Notes: generated by a model not told the origin, from the letters alone. Numbered from the stretch's first letter, positions 37,293 through 49,627 are shown. The stretch: 64,000 nucleotides of DNA from Myxococcales bacterium (GCA_024640845.1 JAHEEE010000007.1:141-64140); one strand, 5' to 3'. Numbers and translations: made by a program.

Positions 37293-38371
37293 CCGGCGTG
37301 GGGGCGCTCGAGGGCATGCATGACCTTCATGCGGACCGTGGTCGCCACCATGACAGCGCGGCTTCGTTCCTTGCGCAACCGCGTCGCAAGAGAGGGACTC
37401 GAGGGGAGCGAGATCCAAAGCCGTAGAAGATGCCTTTTGCGCGCGGGCTCGGGGTGGTCCTCGTAGTCGGTGCGGGCGTGCAGGACGGTGTGATTCGAGA
37501 GCAGCTGCACGTCGCCAGGCCGGAGCTCCATGTCGAGGTACATCTCCGGCGAATCCGCGATTGCGTTGTAGAGATCGAGGAGCTCGCGATCGTGCTTCGT
37601 GAGCACCGGCTCGCCATCACGCCCGGTCGCCGAGCGAAAGTAATCCGTGTGATAAAAAGTTCGGAGCGAGCCCGAATCGTAGCAACAGGGCCGCACGGGC
37701 AAATATCGCACCCCGCCCTCACCTTTGGTGTCCATCATGAACGGCTCGTAGAGGCGATCGACCAAATCGGGGCGCTGCCGAAGGAGCTCGTTGTAGACGG
37801 AGACCGAGCTCGCGATGCGGCTCTTACCACCGCGCTTGGCTTTGGTCAGACAGAGCAACCCGACGACATCGGCGGCGTCGCAGTGGAAGTTGATGTTTGC
37901 GGAGGTGCGATAGTGGCGAACTTTGTCTGGGCTCTCGCCCGTGTCACGAACGTGACCGAGGAGGTCACGCTGTGGATTCTGGGCACCTGGGATTCCGAGG
38001 TGCTGGCCGAGACACCAGAAGAACAGCTCACTATCCGACTCCGGCCAGCGTTCGACGGGCACCCCGCGGAGCACCTGGAAGCCACGTCCCTCACTGATTT
38101 CGGCGCGCCATCGATCGATCTTCGCGTTCAGCGTCGGCAGCGGAAAGTCGGCTTTGGTGAGCCGGCCGAGCGTCTTGCCGGTCTTCTTGGCGGCGGCCAC
38201 CGCCCGGTCGAGCTCGGCGACATCCTCGTCGGTCAGCACCTCGCGCCAATCCTCTCGCGCGGCCAGGCCGCTGCCCGTCCAAGCTGCCGGAATGCGGAGC
38301 GGCTCGCGAAGCACACGCTCCTGCGGGCGGGAGAAATAGTGAAGGGTCTGCGCGGTGAGGGTCTTGTACAC
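37289..38371 (-). CDS. TauD/TfdA family Fe(II)/2-oxoglutarate dioxygenase
   Basis: FHCD (HxD), NHTVLHAR, RHLLRLW. Confidence 0.9.
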   Translation of the reverse strand: MYKTLTAQTLHYFSRPQERVLREPLRIPAAWTGSGLAAREDWREVLTDEDVAELDRAVAAAKKTGKTLGRLTKADFPLPTLNAKIDRWRAEISEGRGFQVLRGVPVERWPESDSELFFWCLGQHLGIPGAQNPQRDLLGHVRDTGESPDKVRHYRTSANINFHCDAADVVGLLCLTKAKRGGKSRIASSVSVYNELLRQRPDLVDRLYEPFMMDTKGEGGVRYLPVRPCCYDSGSLRTFYHTDYFRSATGRDGEPVLTKHDRELLDLYNAIADSPEMYLDMELRPGDVQLLSNHTVLHARTDYEDHPEPARKRHLLRLWISLPSSPSLATRLRKERSRAVMVATTVRMKVMHALERPHAG

Positions 38372-38386
38372 GGGAGAGCGCGAAGC

Positions 38387-40660
<2,274 letters not shown>

Positions 40661-40771
40661 GTACAGACCTCGCGCTTTCGCCACCCGGGAGGGGCTCGCT
40701 CACTTTAGTCGTGCACGCTCCCCAACGCGACTCCCGATCGCCTGCGTTTCGCCAGGCGATGCTGCGTCGTC

Positions 40772-42016
40772 TCAGGTCGACAGAGCGACGCCGAATTCAT
40801 CGGCATACTCGGCGAAGCGCCTACGGATATCGTCGATCTCCAGCCCAAAGTCCTCGGGCGCGTAGCGGTGCACGCCACGGCTGCCGCGCGGATTCGCGGC
40901 GAGGAACGCACTCATGCGGCCGCGCGCGACATCGCTTAGCTCGAGCCCAAAATGCTCATAGGCGCGTCGCAACAAGTCAACCGGGTCCGCGAGTGTGTCT
41001 TCGAAATGAGCGTCGAAGAACTGCTCCGGCTTGTCACGATGCCTGCGTCGCGCCTCGACAGCTCTTTGAAGGTGGATGGACCATGCATCCATCACGTTGC
41101 GCCCAATGCGGGCTGGATTGACGGAGTCCGAGTTCATGCCGCGAAACGCGTAGTGCAGGCTCGCGAGCGATGGCATTACGTAGCCTGGATCGCGGTGCGT
41201 GTGGATGATCAACGCGTCCGGGTACACTTCGAGCAACTCGTCGATCGCGGGGAGGTGCGCCGGGCTCTTCAACGCCCATCGCTTCTTCCTGTACTTACTC
41301 TGTAGGTGCTGCAGGAACTTCCTGTGGAACTCGTACGAGCGCACCATATTCTGTTCGTTGAGCCAAGCTTGGTAGCTCGGCACGTGGAACGTGATGTGGA
41401 ACTGCATGCTCAGGAACTCGTGGGCATTGATGGGCACGCACTCCTGCGGAAGCTGCGCGCCGAACTCGTGAATGGCAGGCAGTGTGGGAATGAGGCGATC
41501 TAGATTGCCGAAGAGCTTCTCTGCATCTTTGATCCGTGGATCGGTCTCGTAGGTCTCCGGCTCGGGAGGCGGCACCGGCCACTCGACCTCCCAACTGAGC
41601 GGCACGCGGTTGTCCGGGTCCTGGGCGAGCAGATTGAAAAGGAGCGTGGTTCCGGTGCGCGGCAAGCCAACGATGAAGAGGGGGCGCTCGATCGCCTGTT
41701 CGGCGACGTCCGGATGCTGCGTTCGATACTCGGTGAGCCGCAGACGATTCTCGAGGTAGCGAAGGAGCGTCTCTCGACAACTCACGCGGCCGAGGGTGCT
41801 CAGGTCGGCTTCGCGCTCGACCGAGTCTAAAAGAACGCGCATGCCCTCGAGGAAATCATCGCCTCCAAAGTCGCTCGAGCCCGCGCGGCGAATGGCGGCG
41901 TCGAGCAGGCTTTGCTCGTCGAGCGAGGGCAGAGCCAGCCCAAGACGCCCGAGGCCACCGCCAACGAGATTGAGCGCTTTGATGGCAAACGGACGGTGCG
42001 GTGGCGCAAGTGACAT
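40772..42016 (-). CDS. Sulfotransferase family protein
   Basis: IVGLPRTGTTLL (5'-PSB loop), WALKSPAH, THRDP; start trimmed to MSLAPP. Confidence 0.88.
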   Translation of the reverse strand: MSLAPPHRPFAIKALNLVGGGLGRLGLALPSLDEQSLLDAAIRRAGSSDFGGDDFLEGMRVLLDSVEREADLSTLGRVSCRETLLRYLENRLRLTEYRTQHPDVAEQAIERPLFIVGLPRTGTTLLFNLLAQDPDNRVPLSWEVEWPVPPPEPETYETDPRIKDAEKLFGNLDRLIPTLPAIHEFGAQLPQECVPINAHEFLSMQFHITFHVPSYQAWLNEQNMVRSYEFHRKFLQHLQSKYRKKRWALKSPAHLPAIDELLEVYPDALIIHTHRDPGYVMPSLASLHYAFRGMNSDSVNPARIGRNVMDAWSIHLQRAVEARRRHRDKPEQFFDAHFEDTLADPVDLLRRAYEHFGLELSDVARGRMSAFLAANPRGSRGVHRYAPEDFGLEIDDIRRRFAEYADEFGVALST

Positions 42017-42073
42017 CGGTCTTCGGCATGCCGCCTTTTGCTCGGCAGCGCGGCGGCGTGTTAGCACGCAGTC

Positions 42074-43696
42074 ATGAGCACCGTAAAGAGCCGGTGGGCC
42101 CGTTGGGCGATACCGCTCGTGTTGACGATGATCGCGGTCGCCGTCGTGAGCGCGCGCAGAAGTCGGACCAAACCGGAGGCGCCGCTTTCGGACCCGGTGT
42201 TGGCCGATGGTGCGCCTCCCTTCAGGCAAGCCAAGACCAATGGCAACCTCAGCCCACAATACTTCGACAGTCTCTGGCCCGCCGGGCATCGCGACAGCGC
42301 GAACACCGATTTCGTTCCGGTCGAGCTCGGCACCTCGTTTGCGCTCAAGAAACATTTCCTGCAAGGGCATCCGATCTTCTGGCCGCCGACGATCGGCCTC
42401 CAGGGCACTTCGTACGTCGTCACCGGAGCACCTCCTGGGAACAGCCACTTGTTCGCGATCTCGCCCGACGGCGAGGTGCTCTGGTCGGCCAAGCCGCAGG
42501 AGTCGCTCGAGGACCTCGACTCCTTCGCGATCATGAACGCGCCGACGATCGACGCGGAGGGCGATCTCTACGTCGGCGACCGCGACCAGCTCTGGGCGTT
42601 CAAGCCCGACGGCGAGGTGAAGTGGGTCGTCGACCTCAAGCAGTACGGCGTCGACTGGGGCTTCATGACGGTCGTGCTGAGCCGGCAGCGCTATGTCGGC
42701 GGCGTGACGACCAACGGCAAGGTCCTGTTCTTCTGGTCACACGACGGCAAGCTCGCGATGCCCCCACTCGATCTGCCAGGAGGGGTCGGGCCGCCTGCGG
42801 AGGACGAGCCCCCTGAGTTCCTGTGGAAGGACCTGATGGACCCCGAGCTCATCCCGTTCTTATTCAATCTGATCCAGGGTTGGGAGCTCGAAGTGGCCAA
42901 CACTCCAGCGCTCCACCCAGAGACCGGGCGGCTCTACATCACGGCCGCCGGCGCAACGGTGGGGACTGGCATGCTCTATGGCATCGACATCACCGACGAC
43001 GCGCTCACGATCGCATTCCAGGCTCCGATGGGCGGCGGAAGCGGAACGAGCCCGGCGGTTTCGCACGACGGGACTCAGGTGTACGCGGTCGACGAGCGCG
43101 GCCGCATGATCGCGATCGACGCGCGCACCGGAAGACGCGTGTGGCAAAGCCCTGAAGGTGGCGGCGGCTCGGCGTCTCCCAGTATCGGCTCCGACGAGAC
43201 GATCTATACACCGTTCCAGGATCACATCACGGCGTACACGAGGGACGGAGAGCTCAAGTGGGAAGTCTCATACAGCACGATCTGCCGCGAGCGACTGCCT
43301 GACCCGGGCGGCGTCTGGGACTACATTCTGTCGGAGCCGGTGGCCTTCATCGACAGCATCCTGACGTTGGGCAAGACTCGCGGTTGGATGAACGTAGTCT
43401 GTGGCTATGACCTGCCAAAGATCCTTTCGCGCAGCGACCGAACGCGCGTTCCGGTTCCGCAGGAATCCTTGTTCGTCGCGTTCGATCTGGAGAGCGGCAA
43501 GTCCGTCGGGAAGCTGCTGGCGCTGCCGGAGACGAGCGAGGGCTTCGTGACGCCGCTCTCTAACGGGAACGCGATGGTGACGGCCTCGGGCGCGATCAGC
43601 TCGATCTTCTACTACATGGTGAACCGCATTCTCCCGGAGCGTTTGCAGGTCGCGGGGCCGCCAAAGGCCGGGCTGCTGCTCTTGGAACCACGATGA
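42074..43696 (+). CDS. Exported PQQ-like beta-propeller protein
   Basis: N-terminal hydrophobic segment; blade motifs DGEVLWS, DGEVKW, TGRRVWQS, DGELKW. Confidence 0.78.
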   Translation: MSTVKSRWARWAIPLVLTMIAVAVVSARRSRTKPEAPLSDPVLADGAPPFRQAKTNGNLSPQYFDSLWPAGHRDSANTDFVPVELGTSFALKKHFLQGHPIFWPPTIGLQGTSYVVTGAPPGNSHLFAISPDGEVLWSAKPQESLEDLDSFAIMNAPTIDAEGDLYVGDRDQLWAFKPDGEVKWVVDLKQYGVDWGFMTVVLSRQRYVGGVTTNGKVLFFWSHDGKLAMPPLDLPGGVGPPAEDEPPEFLWKDLMDPELIPFLFNLIQGWELEVANTPALHPETGRLYITAAGATVGTGMLYGIDITDDALTIAFQAPMGGGSGTSPAVSHDGTQVYAVDERGRMIAIDARTGRRVWQSPEGGGGSASPSIGSDETIYTPFQDHITAYTRDGELKWEVSYSTICRERLPDPGGVWDYILSEPVAFIDSILTLGKTRGWMNVVCGYDLPKILSRSDRTRVPVPQESLFVAFDLESGKSVGKLLALPETSEGFVTPLSNGNAMVTASGAISSIFYYMVNRILPERLQVAGPPKAGLLLLEPR

Positions 43697-44100
43697 ACGA
43701 GTTGCCGCCGCACGTGCTGTTCTACGATGGCGTGTGCGCGATGTGCAACGGCATCGTCAAAGCGATGCTCAGCATGGACCGCGACGCGCGGTTTTATTTT
43801 GCGCCGCTGCAAGGCGAAACCGCAGCGCGCGCGAGAGAGCTTTGCCCGAACTTCCCGAGTGAAATCGAAACCGTCGTCTATTTGCGACAGGGCGAGGTGT
43901 TCCTCCGCTCACGGGCGGCAGCCTTGGCGATGGCGGAGCTTCCATACCCGGCCAAGGCGCTCTCCTGGTTCCGCTTCCTCCCTGCATGGCTGACCGATTT
44001 CTTCTATGGAATCGTGGCGCGTGTGCGGTACCGGGTCTTCGGCAAGTATGAACAATGCCCGGTTCCGCCAGCCGAGGCGCGTTCGCGCTTTCTCCCGTAA
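43693..44100 (+). CDS. DCC1-like thiol-disulfide oxidoreductase (DUF393)
   Basis: FYDGVCAMCNG, FAPLQG, YGIVARVRYRVFG. Confidence 0.9.
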   Translation: MNELPPHVLFYDGVCAMCNGIVKAMLSMDRDARFYFAPLQGETAARARELCPNFPSEIETVVYLRQGEVFLRSRAAALAMAELPYPAKALSWFRFLPAWLTDFFYGIVARVRYRVFGKYEQCPVPPAEARSRFLP

Positions 44101-44178
44101 GTCGACTTGCTCAGATCGATGTAAGCAAGTGTCTCACCCGTTTGGTTTCACCCTGATGGGTTGCTACTTTGATCTTCT

Positions 44179-44940
44179 ATGGGGACTCGGGCCTGGCTGG
44201 TCGCGCTGCTCGCACTGACCTTGTCGTGTGAGGGCGCCGAGATCGGCGAGAGCGCCCGAACGGAGCCGCCAAGAAATCTGGGCACCGGTGGAACGACCGG
44301 CAGCGGTGGAAACACGAGCACCGGCGGGACCAGTGACGCAGGCACTGACGCTGATGCTGGCACTGACGCTGGCACTGACGCTGACGCTGGCACTGGCGCC
44401 GACGCAGGCACTGACGCTGATGCTGGCACTGACGCTGGCACTGACGCTGACGCTGGCACCGGCGGCACAGGGGGGGCGCCCGGTTCTTGCGCGGGCGGGC
44501 CGCTCTCCGCGCCGCTTCCCGGCTGCAACCCGACACCGCTGCCGAGCACGGGCGACATCCACGCGGACTGCGTAGCGCGAATCAATCAGTTTCGCTGGGA
44601 GTGCCAATGCCTGCCGCCGCTCATGCGCTGGATCGACGGCGAGAGCTGCACCGACAGCAACGCGGAGTACGACAGCACAAATGGTGTGCACGCAAGCTTC
44701 TACGATATGCCGTGCGGCAGCGGAGCGCGCGCGCAGAACGAATGCCCCGGCTGGCCCTCGAACGACCACGTGATCACGGGATGCCTACGGGACATGTGGG
44801 ACGAGGGACCCGAAGACGGAAACCCCAACACCGTAAACGGGCACTACGAGACAATGGCGACGAGCACCTACACGCGGGTTGCCTGTGGTTTCTATACGAC
44901 GCCGGCGGGGGACGTGTGGGGCGTACAGAATTTCGATTGA
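44179..44940 (+). CDS. CAP (SCP/Tpx-1)-like domain lipoprotein with DAG-repeat linker
   Basis: Lipobox LSC; INQFR, HASF, AQNEC, GHYETM, VACGF, VQNF. Confidence 0.78.
   Translation: MGTRAWLVALLALTLSCEGAEIGESARTEPPRNLGTGGTTGSGGNTSTGGTSDAGTDADAGTDAGTDADAGTGADAGTDADAGTDAGTDADAGTGGTGGAPGSCAGGPLSAPLPGCNPTPLPSTGDIHADCVARINQFRWECQCLPPLMRWIDGESCTDSNAEYDSTNGVHASFYDMPCGSGARAQNECPGWPSNDHVITGCLRDMWDEGPEDGNPNTVNGHYETMATSTYTRVACGFYTTPAGDVWGVQNFD
44335..44466 (+). repeat. Two tandem 66-bp coding repeats (DAGTDADAGTDAGTDADAGTG)
   Basis: 44335-44393 is identical to 44401-44459; built from shorter GACGCTGGCACT units. Confidence 0.9.
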
Positions 44941-44949
44941 GGGGGACGC

Positions 44950-45534
44950 ATGCGCTTTTTGGTCACGATCATTGGAATCTGCACCCTAGCGGTCGGTTGC
45001 GGCGATTCGCCCTTCTGGGACCAAGGGACGGGGGGCACGGGCGGCGGGACTGGCCTCACACAAGGCGACCCGCGGTTCCTTGCAGACTGTAGCGGCGGGG
45101 CTCTCGCATCTCCGCTCGACGACTGTCAGCCCACACCGCTTCCGAGCACGGACGACCCATACGCGGACTGTGTCACTCGAATCAACCAGCTCCGTTGGGA
45201 ATGCCAATGTCTCCCGCCACTCGCGCGGTGGACGGAGGCAGAGGGTTGCGCGGACCAGCACTCGGAATACGACAGCACGCGCAGCGCTCACTCGGGCTTT
45301 CGGGACAAGATCTGCACGCCCGGCGGCTGGGCACAAAACGAGTGCCCGGGTTGGGGATCGACCGAGCAGGTGATCCAGGGCTGCCTACAGGCGATGTGGG
45401 ACGAGGGCCCTGGCGAGCCCTACTCGGCCCACGGGCACTACATCAACATGACCAATCCGTCGTACACGATGGTCGCCTGTGGCTTTCACGAGACCAACGA
45501 GGGCCGCTTCTGGTCGGTCCAGAACTTCCAGTAA
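44950..45534 (+). CDS. CAP-like domain lipoprotein, tandem paralogue
   Basis: Lipobox AVGC; CVTRINQLRWECQCLPPL, HSGF, AQNECPGW, GHYINM, VQNF. Confidence 0.8.
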   Translation: MRFLVTIIGICTLAVGCGDSPFWDQGTGGTGGGTGLTQGDPRFLADCSGGALASPLDDCQPTPLPSTDDPYADCVTRINQLRWECQCLPPLARWTEAEGCADQHSEYDSTRSAHSGFRDKICTPGGWAQNECPGWGSTEQVIQGCLQAMWDEGPGEPYSAHGHYINMTNPSYTMVACGFHETNEGRFWSVQNFQ

Positions 45535-45543
45535 GCGCGTCCC

Positions 45544-45834
45544 CTACTCTTCGGGCGGGGTCCACGCAGTCGCGGCTAGATCCCCTTCTTCGATGCCGAG
45601 CCAGATCTTGAGCTGCTTCATCATGAAGTCGGTGCCCTCGCGCGAGGAGAGGTCGACGCGGTACGTGTTGATGTAGCGAACACTTTCCTGCAGCCACATG
45701 TCCCATGCTTCTTTGGAAACCTTTTCGAAGACCATCTGCCCGACCTCGTTGGGGAACGGCGGCCGCTTGAGACCCGGCAGCTCCTTGTCGAGCTTGATGC
45801 AGTGGACGAGACGATTGGGATCCGCTTCAGGCAT
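45544..45834 (-). CDS. yggX: Oxidative damage protection / Fe(II)-trafficking protein
   Basis: VHCIKLDKELPGL..PPFP..G...FEKVSKEAW..W. Confidence 0.85.
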   Translation of the reverse strand: MPEADPNRLVHCIKLDKELPGLKRPPFPNEVGQMVFEKVSKEAWDMWLQESVRYINTYRVDLSSREGTDFMMKQLKIWLGIEEGDLAATAWTPPEE

Positions 45835-45870
45835 GGCTGATGTGGTACCTAGCACCGGCCTGGTGGGTGG

Positions 45871-46452
45871 CTACCCCAGAATGCGGAAGAACGACCGGAG
45901 CATCTGGTAAGTCAGCCCCCAAACGACCCGGCCGTCGACGTCGTAGGCTGGGAAGTCGATCTGCGTGCCGTGCCACTGGTACGGCCGGATCGTGTCGGCC
46001 TCGCCACGATACAGCGGCAGGAGCGGCGTCCATAGGGCTTCGGCGACTTCCTTCTCGTCAGGTCGAATCGGCGACTCGCGGTGCACTTCGAACACGAAGG
46101 GGCGGATCACGGTCTCTTGCGGCTTTCCACGCGCGATCGCTTGAAGATCATCGAGCTGCCCGATGTGGTCGGCCTCGGCGAGAAGATCGAGCCCAACCTC
46201 CTCACGGGTCTCGCGAACCGCCGTATCCAAGAGCGAATGATCGTCGGACTGCCGACGGCCGCCCGGAAACGCCATATGCCCGGACCATGGGTCGCTCGGA
46301 TGCTCTGCCCGGCGGATGAAGAACACCTCCGGCCCCGCCGCGCCATCCCGCAACAACATCGCTACGGCCGCCCACTTTTCGTGCTCCGCAAGCTCCCGCG
46401 CCGCTCGAGCTTCGAGCACATTGCGAACGTCTGGAAGGCCGATGAGCGTCAC
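45871..46452 (-). CDS. NUDIX hydrolase (CoA pyrophosphatase-like)
   Basis: WSGHMAFPGG...TAVRETREEVG. Confidence 0.92.
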   Translation of the reverse strand: MTLIGLPDVRNVLEARAARELAEHEKWAAVAMLLRDGAAGPEVFFIRRAEHPSDPWSGHMAFPGGRRQSDDHSLLDTAVRETREEVGLDLLAEADHIGQLDDLQAIARGKPQETVIRPFVFEVHRESPIRPDEKEVAEALWTPLLPLYRGEADTIRPYQWHGTQIDFPAYDVDGRVVWGLTYQMLRSFFRILG

Positions 46453-46524
46453 GCGGATCCGCTAGCACAGGTAAGGCTCAGGGTCAGTCTGCATGCCGGT
46501 GCTGGTGAACGCGGTTGGCGTCGG

Positions 46525-46732
46525 GAGGTTTAGTTACATCCGACCCGCCCGGCCGCCTTCGGCGTCTGTTGGTCCCGCCCCACCGCCCCCACACTATCTC
46601 CTACCCCCGCCGCGTAGTCTCAGAATCACTCTCACGCGAGTGAACAGCGTGCCTCCGCGCGCTTTGCTTCGCTCGGGCTTGGCGGCGCTTCGCGCCGGGC
46701 TTCGCCCTACGGGCTCGCGCTGCCGCGCATGT
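46525..46732. repeat. REP-like dispersed palindromic element, copy B (longer)
   Basis: Matches copy A in GGTTTAGT, CCGCGTAGTC and the 53-nt core; reads GTAGGGCG on the - strand. Confidence 0.75.
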
Positions 46733-46796
46733 GTTGGGGAATGGTTTTGCATACATACAATGCCGCAGCCCTTCTGATGCACAGAGTCGTCCATAA

Positions 46797-46980
46797 GGGG
46801 CTCGGAAAAACGCGACAGGGGGTGGAGCGGGCGTACGAAGTGCCAATCGCAAGACAGCAACCACCGCGATTGGCGCGCTGTCCGAGGGCGGCTTGCGCGG
46901 CCTGACCTACCCAGTCCTCCGAGGCCGCATCTGCAAGTCGCCCGTCCCGTGAATCCCCCTGTCGTGTTTTTCCGAGACCC
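46797..46980 (+). ncRNA. 184-nt structured element (candidate ncRNA, or MITE-like)
   Basis: 26-nt terminal inverted arms (46797-46822 / 46955-46980) enclose hairpins 46840-46876 and 46886-46943; four of five non-Watson-Crick stem positions are G.U on the + strand. Confidence 0.55.
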
Positions 46981-47027
46981 GCGTGCACCTCGACGCCCGG
47001 GCGTTCAGCGTAGCGACCGTCTTCCAG

Positions 47028-47270
47028 TTAGTCGACGATTTCGTAGTGGAAGTCTTCGATAACCGGATTCGCCAAAAGTTTTTCGCACATCGATTGGATG
47101 TGGCTCTCGGCGTTGGCGCGGTCGTTGCCGTCTAGCTCGAGCTCGATGAGCTTGCCGACGCGGGCGGACTTCACCTCCTCGAACCCGAGTGAGCTCAGCG
47201 AGCGGCGGACGGCATCGCCTTGAGGATCGAGGACCTCGCGCTTCAGTGTCACGAAGATATTGGCTTTCAT
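47028..47270 (-). CDS. purS: Phosphoribosylformylglycinamidine synthase subunit PurS
   Basis: [12 protein letters not shown]...VGK...[14 protein letters not shown]; start MKANIF overlaps purC stop. Confidence 0.95.
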   Translation of the reverse strand: MKANIFVTLKREVLDPQGDAVRRSLSSLGFEEVKSARVGKLIELELDGNDRANAESHIQSMCEKLLANPVIEDFHYEIVD

Positions 47271-48238
47271 GGTGTCTCCAAGCCGAGGTTCTTGGCGATG
47301 CGCGGCAGGGGCTCGCTCTCGTCCGGCGCGAACGCCGTGCCTCGGATCTCGTCGCACGCCTGGATGTAGCGGCGCGACGCCTCGACGCGGACTTCGTCGG
47401 GAATCGTGGGACTCGGGCCGTCGCCGGTGTATCCGTTGCTGGCAAGCCATCGACGGACGTACTCTTTGTCGAAGCTCTCGGGGTCTTCACCAGCCTCGAA
47501 TCGCTTCAGATAGCTGTTCGCGTACCAGAATCGCGAAGAGTCCGGCGTGTGGATCTCGTCGATGACGACGATCTTCCCTTCCGGCGTCTTGCCAAACTCG
47601 TACTTGGTGTCGACCAGAATCAGCCCACGGTCGGCGCACACCTTTTGGCCGTGGGCGAACAATGCCATCGCGTACCCAGCTGCTTCGTCGAAGTCCTCCG
47701 CGCTCATGCGCCCCATCGCGAGGATCTCTTCGCGCGAAGCCGACACGTCGTGCTCGCCCTTTTCTGCTTTCGTGCTCGGCGTGAGGATCGGATCGGGGAG
47801 CTTCTGGTGCTTCTTCAAGCCGTCGGGAAGCTCGTGCCCGCAAAACACACGGGTGCCCTTGTTGTAATGAGTCCAAATGCTGGTTGAGGTTACGCCCGTG
47901 ATGTACGCGCGCACGACCATCTCGACCGGAAGCGGCTCGCATTCGACGCCGACCATCACGTTCGGATCTGGCACGTCGATCACGTGATTCGGAACGATGC
48001 TCTTCGTCTCCTCGAACCACCATCCCGCAAGCCCATTGAGCACCTGCCCCTTGTAAGGCAGCGTGCCAAGCACCCGGTCGAACGCGCTGATGCGATCGGT
48101 GACGACGATGTAGCGTTTCCCGTCCGCGATGTAGCAGTCGCGGACCTTGCCCTCGTACTTATGCCCGAGTGATTCGAAGTTGGTTCCCTCTAGGGTTTTC
48201 GAAAGCCCCTTCTCGAGGGTTTCCTGCGACACCGTCAT
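47267..48238 (-). CDS. purC: SAICAR synthase
   Basis: [41 protein letters not shown]. Confidence 0.95.
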   Translation of the reverse strand: MTVSQETLEKGLSKTLEGTNFESLGHKYEGKVRDCYIADGKRYIVVTDRISAFDRVLGTLPYKGQVLNGLAGWWFEETKSIVPNHVIDVPDPNVMVGVECEPLPVEMVVRAYITGVTSTSIWTHYNKGTRVFCGHELPDGLKKHQKLPDPILTPSTKAEKGEHDVSASREEILAMGRMSAEDFDEAAGYAMALFAHGQKVCADRGLILVDTKYEFGKTPEGKIVVIDEIHTPDSSRFWYANSYLKRFEAGEDPESFDKEYVRRWLASNGYTGDGPSPTIPDEVRVEASRRYIQACDEIRGTAFAPDESEPLPRIAKNLGLETP

Positions 48239-48239
48239 C

Positions 48240-49541
48240 TCATGCTCCTTTCAAGACGCGATCGATGATCGTGTCTACATGGGCAAGCGCGTGATTCAAG
48301 TCGAACTGGTGCGCGATTTCTTCTTCGGACAAATGCTTGCGGATTTCCGGGTCCTCTTGGAGGAGCGCCCGAAACTCGCCCTCCCCCTCGAATGCCTTCA
48401 TCGCGTTCCGCTGAACGAGCACGTACGCCTCTTGTCGGCCGAGCCCTTGCCCAACCAAGGCGAGCAGAATGCCCTCGCTGGCCCAAAGCCCGCCCGTCTG
48501 GTCGAGGTTTTGGCGGAGCCGCTCGGGGTAGACCACCAAGTCGGCAACCACGGAGCGCACGCGGTCGAGCATGAACGCGAGGGTTGCCGTCGCGTCAGGC
48601 ATCATCATGCGCTCGACCGACGAATGGCTGATGTCGCGCTCATGCCAAAGCGCCACGTTTTCGAGCCCGGGAACGACTGCAGCACGAACGACACGGCCGA
48701 GGCCACATAGGTTCTCGGTGAGCACCGGGTTGCGCTTGTGCGGCATGGCACTCGAGCCCTTTTGTCCCTTTTTGAAGTGCTCCTCCGCCTCTCCAACCTC
48801 GGTCCGTTGCCAGTGGCGAACGTTCGTCGAGAATCGCTCGATGCCCGCGGCAATGACGCCAAGCACGGCAAGGTACGCCGCATGACGATCCCGTGCGACG
48901 ACCTGAGTGGAGGCCGACTCCGGGCGAAGCCCGAGCGAGCTCAACGCCTCGGCCTCGATCGAAGGAGTGAGATGCGCGTAAGTGCCGACGGCTCCGGCGA
49001 TCTTCCCAACGGCGATGTCTTCACGGACGATGAACAGGCGCTGTCGATCGCGAGCGAGCTCCGCGTAGTGTCCAGCTAGGATGAGGCCAAAAGTCACGGG
49101 TTCCGCGTGTATGCCGTGCGATCGACCAATCGCGGGCGTGCGGCGGTGTTCTTCGATTCGGCCGCGAAGTGCATCGAGCACCGCGTCGAGTCGGACCAAG
49201 AGCAGGTCCGTCGCTTCGGCCAGGAGGAGCGCAAGCGCCGTGTCGAGCACGTCTGACGAGGTCATCCCGCGATGAAGCCAGCGTGCCGGCTCCCCCGCGA
49301 GCCCCTCGACGTGCGTCAAGAAGGCGATCACGTCGTGACGCGTGACCTTCTCGATCTCGTCGATCGCGTTGGGGTCGAGCTTCTCACGAAACGGGGCGAC
49401 TTTGTCCGCCGTTCCCGGAGGCACGATGCCCGCGCCTTCCATCGCACGACACGCGGCCACTTCGACATCGAACCACGCCTCGTACTTGCGCTTCTGGGAC
49501 CAAAGATCTCTGAATTCTGCGGGGGTATAGCGTGGAATCAT
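48240..49541 (-). CDS. purB: Adenylosuccinate lyase
   Basis: [37 protein letters not shown]. Confidence 0.96.
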   Translation of the reverse strand: MIPRYTPAEFRDLWSQKRKYEAWFDVEVAACRAMEGAGIVPPGTADKVAPFREKLDPNAIDEIEKVTRHDVIAFLTHVEGLAGEPARWLHRGMTSSDVLDTALALLLAEATDLLLVRLDAVLDALRGRIEEHRRTPAIGRSHGIHAEPVTFGLILAGHYAELARDRQRLFIVREDIAVGKIAGAVGTYAHLTPSIEAEALSSLGLRPESASTQVVARDRHAAYLAVLGVIAAGIERFSTNVRHWQRTEVGEAEEHFKKGQKGSSAMPHKRNPVLTENLCGLGRVVRAAVVPGLENVALWHERDISHSSVERMMMPDATATLAFMLDRVRSVVADLVVYPERLRQNLDQTGGLWASEGILLALVGQGLGRQEAYVLVQRNAMKAFEGEGEFRALLQEDPEIRKHLSEEEIAHQFDLNHALAHVDTIIDRVLKGA

Positions 49542-49627
49542 GACAGCGCGCCGGATCTAGCAGACCGGTCGCCCGCACGCGAACCTGTGCCGATTAACCC
49601 TTCCCGAGAGGGGTCTAACCTCCTCCT

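Noticed and set aside
40772-42448. N-terminal extensions in the ORF track (also 24477, 32608, 36488, 47450, 50197, 50628 starts)
   Set aside because: They overlap neighbouring genes or lack family-like sequence; starts were trimmed to the first plausible Met or RBS
44105-44130. ACTTGCT-N12-AGCAAGT inverted repeat upstream of the CAP pair
   Set aside because: A 7-bp arm alone is too weak to call operator or terminator
44335-44466. CRISPR or non-coding repeat
   Set aside because: In-frame coding repeat inside a lipoprotein linker
46797-46980. Naming the element as 6S, SRP, tRNA or a riboswitch
   Set aside because: Length fits 6S but the fold is branched; no SRP GGAA-loop/CAGG motif, no cloverleaf with TTC loop, no riboswitch consensus recognised
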